From Candidatus Heimdallarchaeota archaeon (lineage in GTDB: Archaea > Asgardarchaeota > Heimdallarchaeia > Heimdallarchaeales > Heimdallarchaeaceae): a stretch of DNA of 28,567 bases. Position 1 is the stretch's first letter, and each line of letters opens with the position of its first letter. The translations under genes and the position numbers were made by a program. This document shows positions 17,220-26,551 of the stretch, piece by piece. The stretch covers positions 1 through 28,567 of the forward strand of contig JAHLWR010000033.1 in NCBI GenBank assembly GCA_019057815.1, in the 5' to 3' direction. The notes beneath the pieces are model-generated. The model did not search any database and was not told the origin of the DNA. It saw only the letters and a list, made by a program, of their open reading frames with translations.

Positions 17220-17942
17220 TTAAACCCCTTTTTTCAATCTATTAATCATAAATTTGTGAAATTGAAGATCTTTCATTTTTTTGCATATAGCTTCAATATC
17301 ATAATCTAAACGTATGTGCTCAAAATCAAATTTTTTTACTTTTTCATTGATATTAAAAAGTAAAAATGATGCTCTAGGATCTTTATCCCTAGGTTGTCCA
17401 ACTGATCCTGGGTTGAACAAGTGCTTATCACCACTTACTATATGAAGAGGTTTATGAGTGTGTCCCAGAAAAAGAAAATCTACCTCTGTATATTCATTAG
17501 TTATTTCAAAAAAGGTTGAATAAGTCCACTCTGGAAGATCAGGACTCACATAATCCCTCAATGGTTCTCGTGGTGATCCATGTACAAACATAGCATTTCC
17601 TTCAGATATAAAAAGCGGAAATATAGAGAAAAAGGGATGGGAACCAAGTATTTGAATCTCTCTTTTTGTCAATTGTTCTTTAGTCCAAAGCAGTGATTTT
17701 TTCGGGAGAGGATTAAAATATTGAAAATTATTTGTAGCTAGAGCATAATCATGGTTACCCACTACATGGATGTGAGCAATTTTCTCAATTATGCGAATAC
17801 ATTCTTTAGGATTAGGTCCATATCCAACTGTATCTCCTAAGAAAATGATTATTTCAGGAGACGCATCATTTATGTAATCAACTACAGTTGTCAATGCTTC
17901 TAAATTAGAATGAACATCTGAGAAAACTGCTAAAGTCATCAT
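17220..17942 (-). CDS. Calcineurin-like metallophosphoesterase
   Basis: SDVHSN, GDTVGYGP, GNHD, HGSP, GHTH, NPGSVGQPRD. Confidence 0.93.
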   Translation of the reverse strand: MMTLAVFSDVHSNLEALTTVVDYINDASPEIIIFLGDTVGYGPNPKECIRIIEKIAHIHVVGNHDYALATNNFQYFNPLPKKSLLWTKEQLTKREIQILGSHPFFSIFPLFISEGNAMFVHGSPREPLRDYVSPDLPEWTYSTFFEITNEYTEVDFLFLGHTHKPLHIVSGDKHLFNPGSVGQPRDKDPRASFLLFNINEKVKKFDFEHIRLDYDIEAICKKMKDLQFHKFMINRLKKGV

Positions 17943-18062
17943 TTATTGTTCACGCTCAAATACTTTAGTGATGGATGTTTTTATTGCTTCTAACTTAATA
18001 TACAGATAGATATTATGTCCAATCATGTTTTAAGTTTTGAGAATATTCACGCAATCTTCTTC

Positions 18063-19121
18063 TTACTCGGTACACGTTTCTTCCTCTTCTTCTTTTTTCG
18101 TCTTACCATCTTTCTTGAGAAATATCGAAGATACAGCTGCTACAGAGAGAGTCAACCCTGTTCCGACTACTGTTTGGAATATAATAGATGCCCCCGCAAT
18201 AATTGAAGGTATTGAAAGGCTTTCTAGAAGTACTAGAGTTGTTATTGTACCTGTTCCTATTCCCGCTGGAACCAATGTCAGAATAATAACAAGCATTGTT
18301 ACTGCAGAAATTGCTGCTGCGTCAACAAAGGAAATATCAATACCAAATGCCAAAAGTGTAAGTTTGAATGAATATATTTCCATTGCCCACCGGAATATAG
18401 ATAGAAATAAAACAAGGAACGATAGTTTTTTCTGAATGATAAGATTCTTCAATGAAACGTAATAAGTATCCAAAGAAGGTTTAATTGTGTTGTTTAACCA
18501 ACCAGCTCCTCTTGCTGAGATTTTTCCAGTAAGTTTTTCAAGAGTGCTTAGAGTTTTTTTGCCTACAGCTGGAAAGAATAAGATAAAAGAAAGAACGATT
18601 GTACCAATCAAAGAGATATAAAAAACAATTTGCAAAGGTGTTGTATAACTATCACCCAAGACTTTAGGAAGTGTAACAGCAAAAGCGATAACGAAGAATA
18701 TCAAAACAATGATAAGATCAATTATTCTGAATAAGGCAAGTGCTGCAAGAGAAACTGTTCTAGGAACAGAACGTGTTCTTTTATTTATTTCAATACTTGC
18801 TATTTCTCCTGATTTTAGAGGACCCAACGTACTAAAACCATATCCAACAAAAAAGGGTACAAGAAATTTTTTGAATGTTAAATGTTCACACGAAGGCTTC
18901 AAAAGTATATAAAAACGATAGCCTTTTGCAAACAAGCTTATAACCATTAACACAAATGCAAAAACTAGATAAACAATTCTAGAATCGGTGTAGACACCTA
19001 AAACATCTATGAAATCATTTTCTCTAGTCAAGTGAAAAAAGAACCAAACAAGCGCAACAATTGCTAAAGATATTATAAGAAATCGAAAAATATTTCTTCG
19101 AACAAAAGATAAAAAGTCCAT
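18063..19121 (-). CDS. UPF0104/lysylphosphatidylglycerol synthase TM-domain (flippase-like) membrane protein
   Basis: About 8 TM helices; PLKSGE, RIID, PAGIG motifs. Confidence 0.8.
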   Translation of the reverse strand: MDFLSFVRRNIFRFLIISLAIVALVWFFFHLTRENDFIDVLGVYTDSRIVYLVFAFVLMVISLFAKGYRFYILLKPSCEHLTFKKFLVPFFVGYGFSTLGPLKSGEIASIEINKRTRSVPRTVSLAALALFRIIDLIIVLIFFVIAFAVTLPKVLGDSYTTPLQIVFYISLIGTIVLSFILFFPAVGKKTLSTLEKLTGKISARGAGWLNNTIKPSLDTYYVSLKNLIIQKKLSFLVLFLSIFRWAMEIYSFKLTLLAFGIDISFVDAAAISAVTMLVIILTLVPAGIGTGTITTLVLLESLSIPSIIAGASIIFQTVVGTGLTLSVAAVSSIFLKKDGKTKKEEEEETCTE

Positions 19122-19201
19122 ATTTGCTAACCAACAGCTAATTAAAAATCATTATTTTGTTTTTAATAATGGGGGAAAGAGAAAAGTAGGGCATAGAATC
19201 T

Positions 19202-19363
19202 TTACGACTCTGAGCCACCTTCTAAGTCCCATTCGTATGTACATTCACGACAGACTACCTTTTTTCGATAAACAGGTCTGTGACCGAAATAAGCTATTGC
19301 TTTACTCTTATCCTCTACTTCTTTGAGATTTTTGCTATGACATTTAGGACATTCTTTTGCCAT
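19202..19363 (-). CDS. 53-aa C4 zinc-ribbon protein (below ORF-track cutoff)
   Basis: MAKECPKCHSKNLKEVEDKSKAIAYFGHRPVYRKKVVCRECTYEWDLEGGSES; AGGTGA SD 8 nt upstream of the ATG. Confidence 0.85.
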   Translation of the reverse strand: MAKECPKCHSKNLKEVEDKSKAIAYFGHRPVYRKKVVCRECTYEWDLEGGSES

Positions 19364-19606
19364 TTTTTGTTTCACCTATAGAAATGATTTTTACGGTATC
19401 GTTATAATTTCCTCATTTAAAACTTTTGTGCAAGTGTTAATTTGAAAGTTTCTGCTATTTTCGCTTAAAACATCTAAATTTTGAATATTAATAATCATCA
19501 AATTTTGTCGGAGTTACAAATCAGTTTATTTATTTATTTATTAGAATCACTAACTTACAAGATTTTTCTATTCTTATATGTTCAATAAATCATTCGATAA
19601 CAATAA

Positions 19607-19682
19607 TGGAGCCCCAAAGGGGAATTGAACCCCTGACCTGTTGATTACGAGTCAACCGCTCTTCCATCTGAGCTATTGAGGC
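19607..19682 (-). tRNA. tRNA-Thr(CGT), intronless, CCA encoded
   Basis: Reverse complement GCCTCAA TAGCTCAGATGGAAGAGC G GTTGA CTCGTAA TCAAC AGGTC AGGGG TTCAATT CCCCT TTGGGGC T CCA; U73 discriminator. Confidence 0.96.
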
Positions 19683-19811
19683 ATACTTATACTGAAATCC
19701 AATTTTTTATTCAAAAAGTCTTCGAATAAACGCATTTTGAGAACTCAAACAGATTTGAAAAGTATTTCTCCTTCGGTTAAGATAAAAGAAAGATAGGAAT
19801 AGGTATAATTT

Positions 19812-21041
19812 TCACTTCATGGGGAATTTAGCATAAGATCTGAATTCTATCCAATCATTCAAGTATTCATCGATTACTTCTTCGATAGAATCTTGATCTA
19901 AATTGCGAGCTATTTCCTCATCAGGTGTAAGCATGGCCATAATATAGCGTTCATCTCCAAACTTAACGTCTCTGAGAATAAAATTTTCATTTAGATTCTC
20001 GTCGACTGTATATCTTCGAACTCGTAGGAATGGTTCCCTCATGTTAACTATAGTCTCTATTGCTTCATAATATGCATTGTGAGAGAGCTCTTCCAAATCA
20101 TCTCTCTTTGAATATTGAGCAAAACAGACATTACTTCGAAAATCATATAAGCCAAAGTAATCAGCATTGAGTTTCTCTGCAACTTGTTTAGATGCATCAT
20201 TTATACTGTCTTGAATTAAAACAACGTTTCTGAAAATATGTGAAAAGGCTCCCAAAACAGTTGATCTAAGTTTTACAGTAGTTCTGAAAATATTTCTCGA
20301 TGGTTCGAAAAATTCGATATTTTCGTCAATATAATTAACCATTGAATTAAAGACATCTGCAGCTTTAGCAGTTAATTCAAAATCTGGGTCGGATTTATGG
20401 AAGAATAGCATCCAAGGGATGTTAATTTTGAGAGCTTTAGTAACTTGAACAATTTGCTTCAGATATTCCATGCTTTCTTCATATCTTTCAGCAGCTTGAA
20501 CATCAACGATATAAATCAGGATATCAGTACCAAGGAAATATTGCTCAGGATTCTGAAGGTAATCTTCGCGGTAGATTAGTTGTCCACCCAATTCATTTAA
20601 ATGGATATCCATTCCAAAAACTTCAATTTTGCTCCTTAACAAACCTCTTGTTGGAGTGAGAGCATACAACCTTTGAAATAATAAGGAAAGAGCGCCTCTA
20701 TGTTTTAATGCTATTGATAAACTTGTTTTACCTACATTATCAATACCTGCTAAAATGATTTTAGCCCCTGTTGTAATCCGTTCTTTTTCACTCACAAGAA
20801 GCAATTTGCTTCCAGCAATCCAACCGTTCACACGATCTTTTGGAATTTTTTTAATTAAACTGTTATAAGCTTCTTTCCACTTTGTAACCATATCTTCAAT
20901 AGTTTTTATTCCATTTTCCTTTAAAAATTCAAATTCATCCTTTGATATATCCAGAAGACCAATTACAAGAATAGATTTTATGTCCTCTTGGTCCCTATAA
21001 TCCTCTTTTAGAAGCTTTTCTTTTATATTTAACGCCATCAT
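19812..21041 (-). CDS. Arf/Rag-like small GTPase with N-terminal HhH-like domain and C-terminal roadblock/longin-like domain
   Basis: G1 GIDNVGKT, G2 PTRG, G3 ELGGQ, LIYIVD, G4 HKSD, G5 TTV; N-terminal FLKENGIKTIEDM. Confidence 0.82.
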   Translation of the reverse strand: MMALNIKEKLLKEDYRDQEDIKSILVIGLLDISKDEFEFLKENGIKTIEDMVTKWKEAYNSLIKKIPKDRVNGWIAGSKLLLVSEKERITTGAKIILAGIDNVGKTSLSIALKHRGALSLLFQRLYALTPTRGLLRSKIEVFGMDIHLNELGGQLIYREDYLQNPEQYFLGTDILIYIVDVQAAERYEESMEYLKQIVQVTKALKINIPWMLFFHKSDPDFELTAKAADVFNSMVNYIDENIEFFEPSRNIFRTTVKLRSTVLGAFSHIFRNVVLIQDSINDASKQVAEKLNADYFGLYDFRSNVCFAQYSKRDDLEELSHNAYYEAIETIVNMREPFLRVRRYTVDENLNENFILRDVKFGDERYIMAMLTPDEEIARNLDQDSIEEVIDEYLNDWIEFRSYAKFPMK

Positions 21042-21211
21042 TATTCACCAGATTTGAACAAAGATACCCTACTGATTTCTTGATTACTTTTGTCTCTCTG
21101 TCAAATAAGCTTTTTGCTGTTTAATATCCTTTGTGTTAGTAAAAAAATTGAACAACAAATTCAAACAATAATGGACATATATTTTAATACAACTTATTTA
21201 AAAAATAAAAT

Positions 21212-22156
21212 GTGACATCCTATTTGTTTATTGTAAATCCTCACGCTAGAAATAAAGAAGTGGGGAAAAGATGGAGTAATGTAGAGAAAGAGATCAAAAA
21301 CCGAAAAATGGATTATTCTGTAGAATTTACAACACATCCAAAACATGCAATAGAAATAGCTAAGGATCAAGCAAAAAATTTCAACTGTGTAATTGCAGCA
21401 GGAGGAGATGGAACATCTCATGAAGTTGCTAACGGAATTTATGGAACAGATGTTTCGTTTGGAATATTAGCTTTAGGCAATGGAAACGATTATGCTAATC
21501 TACTGAAATACTCTCACGATTACCAAAAATGCTTAGATATCGTGGAAAAATGTCAGACTGTTGAGTTAAATGTAGGAATAACAAAGGCGGATGTTGAAAG
21601 ATATTTTATTAATATTTCCGAACTAGGTTTTAGCTCTACTATTGCAAAGGCGATTTATGAAGAGGCTAAGTGGTTAAAAGGATGGGCTAAATACTATTAT
21701 GTAGCAATGAAAAAATTAGCTTATTACAAGTTAGTTCCAGCAAAAATACAAGTTGATGACACTATCGAAATCTCAACAAAAATTTTAGCATGTGGAGTGG
21801 GATTAGGTTGTACTTTTGGAGGAGGTTTCAAAGTTCTTCCAGGAAACAAACCCTACTATGATGATTTTGCAGTATGCGTAATTGGAGATATACCAAAACT
21901 GAAGCAATTTGCGATGGTGAATCATGTAAAGCGCGGAACTCACATTGGTAAAAAGGGTGTACATTACCTTCGTGGTAAAAACGTAAAAATTGAGATTGAG
22001 CGTCAATTGCCAGTTGAAGCTGAAGGAGAAGTGTTTTCAGAAAAAGCAATGGAGATTACATTCTCAATGGCTCCTAAAAAGCTGAGAGTTATAGTACCAA
22101 AGGATTTTGTAGCTATGATGGAAAACAAAGAACCCCCTTCAAATAACAAATTCTAG
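21212..22156 (+). CDS. Diacylglycerol/sphingosine kinase-family lipid kinase (YegS/DgkB)
   Basis: FIVNPHA, AAGGDGTSHEVANG, GNGNDYA, FGGG, EGE. Confidence 0.92.
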   Translation: MTSYLFIVNPHARNKEVGKRWSNVEKEIKNRKMDYSVEFTTHPKHAIEIAKDQAKNFNCVIAAGGDGTSHEVANGIYGTDVSFGILALGNGNDYANLLKYSHDYQKCLDIVEKCQTVELNVGITKADVERYFINISELGFSSTIAKAIYEEAKWLKGWAKYYYVAMKKLAYYKLVPAKIQVDDTIEISTKILACGVGLGCTFGGGFKVLPGNKPYYDDFAVCVIGDIPKLKQFAMVNHVKRGTHIGKKGVHYLRGKNVKIEIERQLPVEAEGEVFSEKAMEITFSMAPKKLRVIVPKDFVAMMENKEPPSNNKF

Positions 22157-22250
22157 ATTTTTCGAAGTAAAATTATATTAACTAAGAATCAAAAGGGACA
22201 CTATATATTTGTCGTTAATCATTTCATTCAAATAAAATGGAGAAAAGAAT

Positions 22251-22706
22251 ATGGTTCACGTGGGATTCTTACTAAAAAGGCTTACATCTGGTGAAGTAAA
22301 AACTAAAAGAATTGAAATCCCACAAAATGATAGAGAAATGTTTCCAAATCCTCATGTTTTATTTTTCTTAGAATCTTATGGAGAATATTATGGATCACAC
22401 ATAACAGAAGATGGATGGATAACTGGTTTAGAAGCGTGGTTCGATTCATTACCAATAAAAGTGAAAGATTACGTAATATTATCAAAATACTCAGAAGGAT
22501 ATTTCCTAACATCAACATCAGAAATAGTGAAAAAACAACAAGATTTTGAAAATGAAATGGGTTATATACTGTCATTGGAACCAGAAGATATTTTGTGTCC
22601 AAATTGCAGATATCCTTTGGAACATGCGGGAATAAAGGAAGATAAATATGTAATGAAATGTGCTAAATGTGGTTTTACTCTCGTTAAAATACGTTTTCAG
22701 CAGTAA
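22251..22706 (+). CDS. B3/EcoRII-N-like pseudobarrel protein with C-terminal Zn ribbon
   Basis: KRLTSGEVKTKRIEIP...FP and GLEAWFDSLPIKVKDYVILSK; C-terminal CPNC...CAKCG. Confidence 0.55.
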   Translation: MVHVGFLLKRLTSGEVKTKRIEIPQNDREMFPNPHVLFFLESYGEYYGSHITEDGWITGLEAWFDSLPIKVKDYVILSKYSEGYFLTSTSEIVKKQQDFENEMGYILSLEPEDILCPNCRYPLEHAGIKEDKYVMKCAKCGFTLVKIRFQQ

Positions 22707-22784
22707 TTATGTGAGTGTTTTTCCTATGTGTAACCAAATAATAACACGTAGGTATTATTATGGTTTATTTATTGCAATAGATTT

Positions 22785-23414
22785 GTGTGTTTGACCTCTA
22801 TGCTTCATAATTTATGGATAGCTAAAAATACAGGTGAATGTCTTTTTCATAAGAAATACGGTAGAATGGATCATGACGAGAATCTTATTACGAGTTTTTT
22901 GAGTGCTATCGAAATTTTTGCTCAGAATGTAGACACTGGTTGTGATTTGCTTCAAACCAAGAATTATAAATTTATTTACGTTACAGGTAACAATGTAGTA
23001 ATAGTTGCTTGTGTTGATGCAGATGATAATGATGAATCAGATGTAAGGAACGATCTTATTTCTATTCAGGGAGAATTTCATTCTCGATACGCAAACGAAT
23101 TGATTGATTGGAGGGGTAGGATTGAACATTTCGCATCAATGAGTGATTTTGTTGATGAACATTTAAATAAATATAGTTCTAATTTGAGTAATGTGGGGAA
23201 TAGGCGTTTAGAGCTGGCTCCAATGATTGTTAAAAAACAAATAAAGTTCAAACTTAGTCAACAGCAAGAAAAGGTTATTTCACTCTTAAAATATAAAGGA
23301 ACAGCTACACTTAATGATATTGTGAAACTGATGAAACTGACTGAACCAGATGCCGAGAAGGCAACTAGAACTTTACTTTACCACAATGTCATCCAACAAG
23401 TACCTAGTGCTTGA
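22785..23414 (+). CDS. Longin-domain protein with C-terminal winged helix
   Basis: MLHNLWIAKNTGECLFHKKY...DENLITSFLSAIEIFA (longin pattern); LSQQQEKVISLLKYKGTATLNDIVKLM...EKATRTLLYHNVI (wHTH). Likely start ATG 22800. Confidence 0.72.
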   Translation: MCLTSMLHNLWIAKNTGECLFHKKYGRMDHDENLITSFLSAIEIFAQNVDTGCDLLQTKNYKFIYVTGNNVVIVACVDADDNDESDVRNDLISIQGEFHSRYANELIDWRGRIEHFASMSDFVDEHLNKYSSNLSNVGNRRLELAPMIVKKQIKFKLSQQQEKVISLLKYKGTATLNDIVKLMKLTEPDAEKATRTLLYHNVIQQVPSA

Positions 23415-23488
23415 TTTGAAATCCATTAAGAGTCAAAAATAACCCAATTTTTATTAATATTAGAAGTAATGTTAGTTAGAAAAGCTCG

Positions 23489-23911
23489 GTGGTTATCATG
23501 AAAATTAATACTGATTATTTAACTTTCCAAACAGAAGGTGAAATTGATATAATTGATCTAAAATATATGCTAGAAAATCTAGTAAAAAAATCTGAAGTTA
23601 CTGAGGGTTTGGTTAGCCTTAATGTTATTGGATCTACAGGAGCATTAACCGCAATAGAATATGAATCAGGGGTACTAGATGATTTTCGTAGAATCTTAAA
23701 AGAGCTAGTTCCCAAAGGAGCAAATTACAAGCATGATGTGATTGATTCGAATGCGCATTCTCATTTACGAGCTTCATTAATAGGACCAAGTATATCATTC
23801 ACAATAAAAAACGGTCAACTACAGCTTGGTACATGGCAAAACCCTGTCTTTGTTTGTCTAGACATCAGACCAAGGTCTCGCAAAATTTCAGTTACAATTA
23901 TTGGTAAGTGA
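23489..23911 (+). CDS. yjbQ: YjbQ/UPF0047 family protein
   Basis: GSTGALTAIEYE, YKHD, NAHSHLRASLIG, LQLGTWQ. Confidence 0.93.
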   Translation: MVIMKINTDYLTFQTEGEIDIIDLKYMLENLVKKSEVTEGLVSLNVIGSTGALTAIEYESGVLDDFRRILKELVPKGANYKHDVIDSNAHSHLRASLIGPSISFTIKNGQLQLGTWQNPVFVCLDIRPRSRKISVTIIGK

Positions 23912-24171
23912 TAAATGTGTCAAATTATTGTGTTATACGATGTGATAAATTAACATGTGGTAAATTCTCTTATTGTAAATCTAATCAACAAACAAAAAAA
24001 TGTCCATATTGCGAACGTATAATTAATCTAACAAAAGCGCAAAAGCATCATGTTCAAACGACAAGGGAAGCAAAAAAATTAGTTCAAACTTATAATACAA
24101 GATTGGGAGAAATTACTGAACCTAAATGGTACAAAGAATCAAAAACAAAGATTGATATCACTAAACAATGA
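23908..24171 (+). CDS. DUF1922-like Zn-ribbon protein
   Basis: VIRC...CGKFSY...QQTKKCPYCERIINL; GTGA overlap with the yjbQ stop. Confidence 0.7.
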   Translation: MINVSNYCVIRCDKLTCGKFSYCKSNQQTKKCPYCERIINLTKAQKHHVQTTREAKKLVQTYNTRLGEITEPKWYKESKTKIDITKQ

Positions 24172-24238
24172 TATACTTTACAAAAAAAGTAAACCTTAAT
24201 ACATAATATTTTTGTATGTGACAACGTTTTGACAAATA

Positions 24239-26497
24239 ATGCCTACCCCAACAAGAGCTGAAGATTCGATAGGTGAATCTCCTTTCAAGCAATATGTTCT
24301 TATGGAATTCGAGAGAGCGAGGTTGTATCAAACGTTTGTGCTAATAGACGAGCTACCTGAGATTAGCTCTAGATGGCTTGAATTTTCTAATTTTTGTGCC
24401 CAATCACTAGCAAATGTTTCCTCAATTTCATCTCTCTTGAGTCAGAGATATCTAGATGAATGGACAAGAGATCAGAATCAAATCCAAAAAGATGAACAGA
24501 GAAGGGGTCATCTTACTTCAAGGATACAAAATCTTCAAGAATTTCAAATGGGTTTAGCCATTTTGATGATAATTTATGCAGATATCGTTAATTCAGGTGT
24601 ATTTAATTCAGGACCTTCAAAAGATTACTGTCAATCTTACATTGAGGGTTTCAGAATTTTAGATAGAATATCAGCAACTTATTTTAATTCTAGTCATCCC
24701 AAATCCTCAAACATTGAAGATATAATGTTATCTTTTCTATTGATTAATCAAAAACAGAACATCATCAAGATAATGGAGAACTCTCCACATGACAAAAATG
24801 CACTTCTAAGAGAAAAGGGTGTATATGAATTAACACAAGCTGAGTTTGGAACTGCATTTAATTCAAGATTTTTAAAGAGAGTAGGTGAGGATTGGTGGTG
24901 GAAGGATCCGATCGCATTAAACTTTACATTCGAAAGAAGTTTATCACACTTAAATGAAGCTATATCCCATTATGAAAAAATAGAAGAGGATTTGGATATT
25001 GAAACTAAAGAAATTAAAAAGACACTTATACCGCTTAACCAAGTTTGGAGAAACCACGCTTTAACTGAGCATTACTTTAGATTAAGTATAGAAGCAGCAA
25101 AAAATGATATTTTTATTGCTTCAGTAGAATATTTGAATTTAGTTGTAGGATTAGAAGATGAAGCTTTAGGGTTAATCGATAAAATAGAGATAATTACTCA
25201 GAGGGATCAAGCACTCAAAGAAGAGATAACTCGAGCGAAAAAAATTCATTCTTTTCTACAAGGGATTGCTGGATTAGCTTCTATGACAAACCAGCTTATA
25301 CAACATATTAGGAATGAAGACAAAAAAGAAGCGAACAAAATTATTAAGGAAATGGAAAAGAAAATCAATGAACCACATCTTAATACTAGTGTAAATTACA
25401 TTAGTAGTCTTCCTTTAGTTTACTTAAATTTCATTCAACAAATAAAAATTTCATTCTTACAAAAGTCCTCCCTTTCTAATTCTCTAAAGAAAGCAGAAAC
25501 AGTTTTTGAGAAATTTATTGAGAGAATCATCACTGCGACTATGGATCTATTAGAAGGTTTCATGGTATTAGGAGAAGCCGAGTTAGGTGGAGATGTAGCA
25601 GTTGTAGAGCATTTACTTGAAAACGTTCAAACAATAAGAGTAGCCATCTACTTCTTACCTGCTAGCGAAAGCAAGGTTGACATATTAAAAGAAGTGGAAG
25701 CACTAGACTTTATTGCAAATTCAATACTAATTCAGCAGAAAACAGAAAGTAAAAAATCTAATGAAATTTTGAATCTAATTTATCATGCGAAGGCACACTA
25801 TTTCTCTAGTAAAGCTCTAGAAGTAGCTCAACAAGGGAGAAAACCGATAATTCCTAGAAAATTTCTGGAAAATGTTTATAGTAAAACATTTGTCAAGGGT
25901 TTAGATGTAGAATTGAGATTATTTGAATTGGCTAGACAGTTTCTATTCCTAAATACGGTTTTAGAGAAGTTATCTCAAGGTTATCAAATAGCGAAATCAA
26001 AAGATAAAACAACCAAAGAAGGTTATATTGCATTATTAAATAGGCAGTTCAGCACGTTTCATCTTTTTGAATCAATTAATAAACAGATTGCTGAAGATTG
26101 CAATGAGCTTCTAAACCACAAACAGCTCTTTGGTTCGGCTTCATCAAAAATTAACTGGAAAACAATAGAAGCAAAAAAACACTTTTCGACTGCTTTATCT
26201 CATATACTTGAAGCTGCAAAAAATACAATACTTGGCTATGGAGCAAATACTCAAAAAGACAAGTATAAAGCAATCTCGTTTTTTAGCATAGGTTCTAAAT
26301 TTGCTAACAATGCAAGTGATGCAATTCAACCAATAATACATTATGACAAAACTTTTGCACAACTAGCGAAATCAACTTACGAATATAGTGTCTTATTAAA
26401 AGAACTTGAAAGAAAATCTAGAGAAAATGACAAATTGCAAGAGTTGCCTTTAGAGGAACTACTTGGAGTATTAAAACAATTAGCTTTCCTTTCCTAA
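24239..26497 (+). CDS. Large all-alpha hypothetical protein (solenoid-like)
   Basis: 752-aa ORF, amphipathic helices throughout, no TM or catalytic motif recognised. Confidence 0.75.
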   Translation: MPTPTRAEDSIGESPFKQYVLMEFERARLYQTFVLIDELPEISSRWLEFSNFCAQSLANVSSISSLLSQRYLDEWTRDQNQIQKDEQRRGHLTSRIQNLQEFQMGLAILMIIYADIVNSGVFNSGPSKDYCQSYIEGFRILDRISATYFNSSHPKSSNIEDIMLSFLLINQKQNIIKIMENSPHDKNALLREKGVYELTQAEFGTAFNSRFLKRVGEDWWWKDPIALNFTFERSLSHLNEAISHYEKIEEDLDIETKEIKKTLIPLNQVWRNHALTEHYFRLSIEAAKNDIFIASVEYLNLVVGLEDEALGLIDKIEIITQRDQALKEEITRAKKIHSFLQGIAGLASMTNQLIQHIRNEDKKEANKIIKEMEKKINEPHLNTSVNYISSLPLVYLNFIQQIKISFLQKSSLSNSLKKAETVFEKFIERIITATMDLLEGFMVLGEAELGGDVAVVEHLLENVQTIRVAIYFLPASESKVDILKEVEALDFIANSILIQQKTESKKSNEILNLIYHAKAHYFSSKALEVAQQGRKPIIPRKFLENVYSKTFVKGLDVELRLFELARQFLFLNTVLEKLSQGYQIAKSKDKTTKEGYIALLNRQFSTFHLFESINKQIAEDCNELLNHKQLFGSASSKINWKTIEAKKHFSTALSHILEAAKNTILGYGANTQKDKYKAISFFSIGSKFANNASDAIQPIIHYDKTFAQLAKSTYEYSVLLKELERKSRENDKLQELPLEELLGVLKQLAFLS

Positions 26498-26551
26498 TTT
26501 ATATTTTATTCAGTGGATAAATTTTTTAAATAGCAGATATAGCGAACAGAT

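Noticed and set aside
19525-19543. (TTTA)4 microsatellite
   Set aside because: Short and expected in AT-rich intergenic DNA.
11492-19682. Integrated island bounded by the two tRNAs
   Set aside because: No integrase, no duplicated tRNA 3' end seen, and housekeeping tsr3 lies inside.
18015-22602. ORFs at 18015, 18037, 18709, 21194, 21803, 21828 and 22303
   Set aside because: Antisense or out-of-frame shadows.
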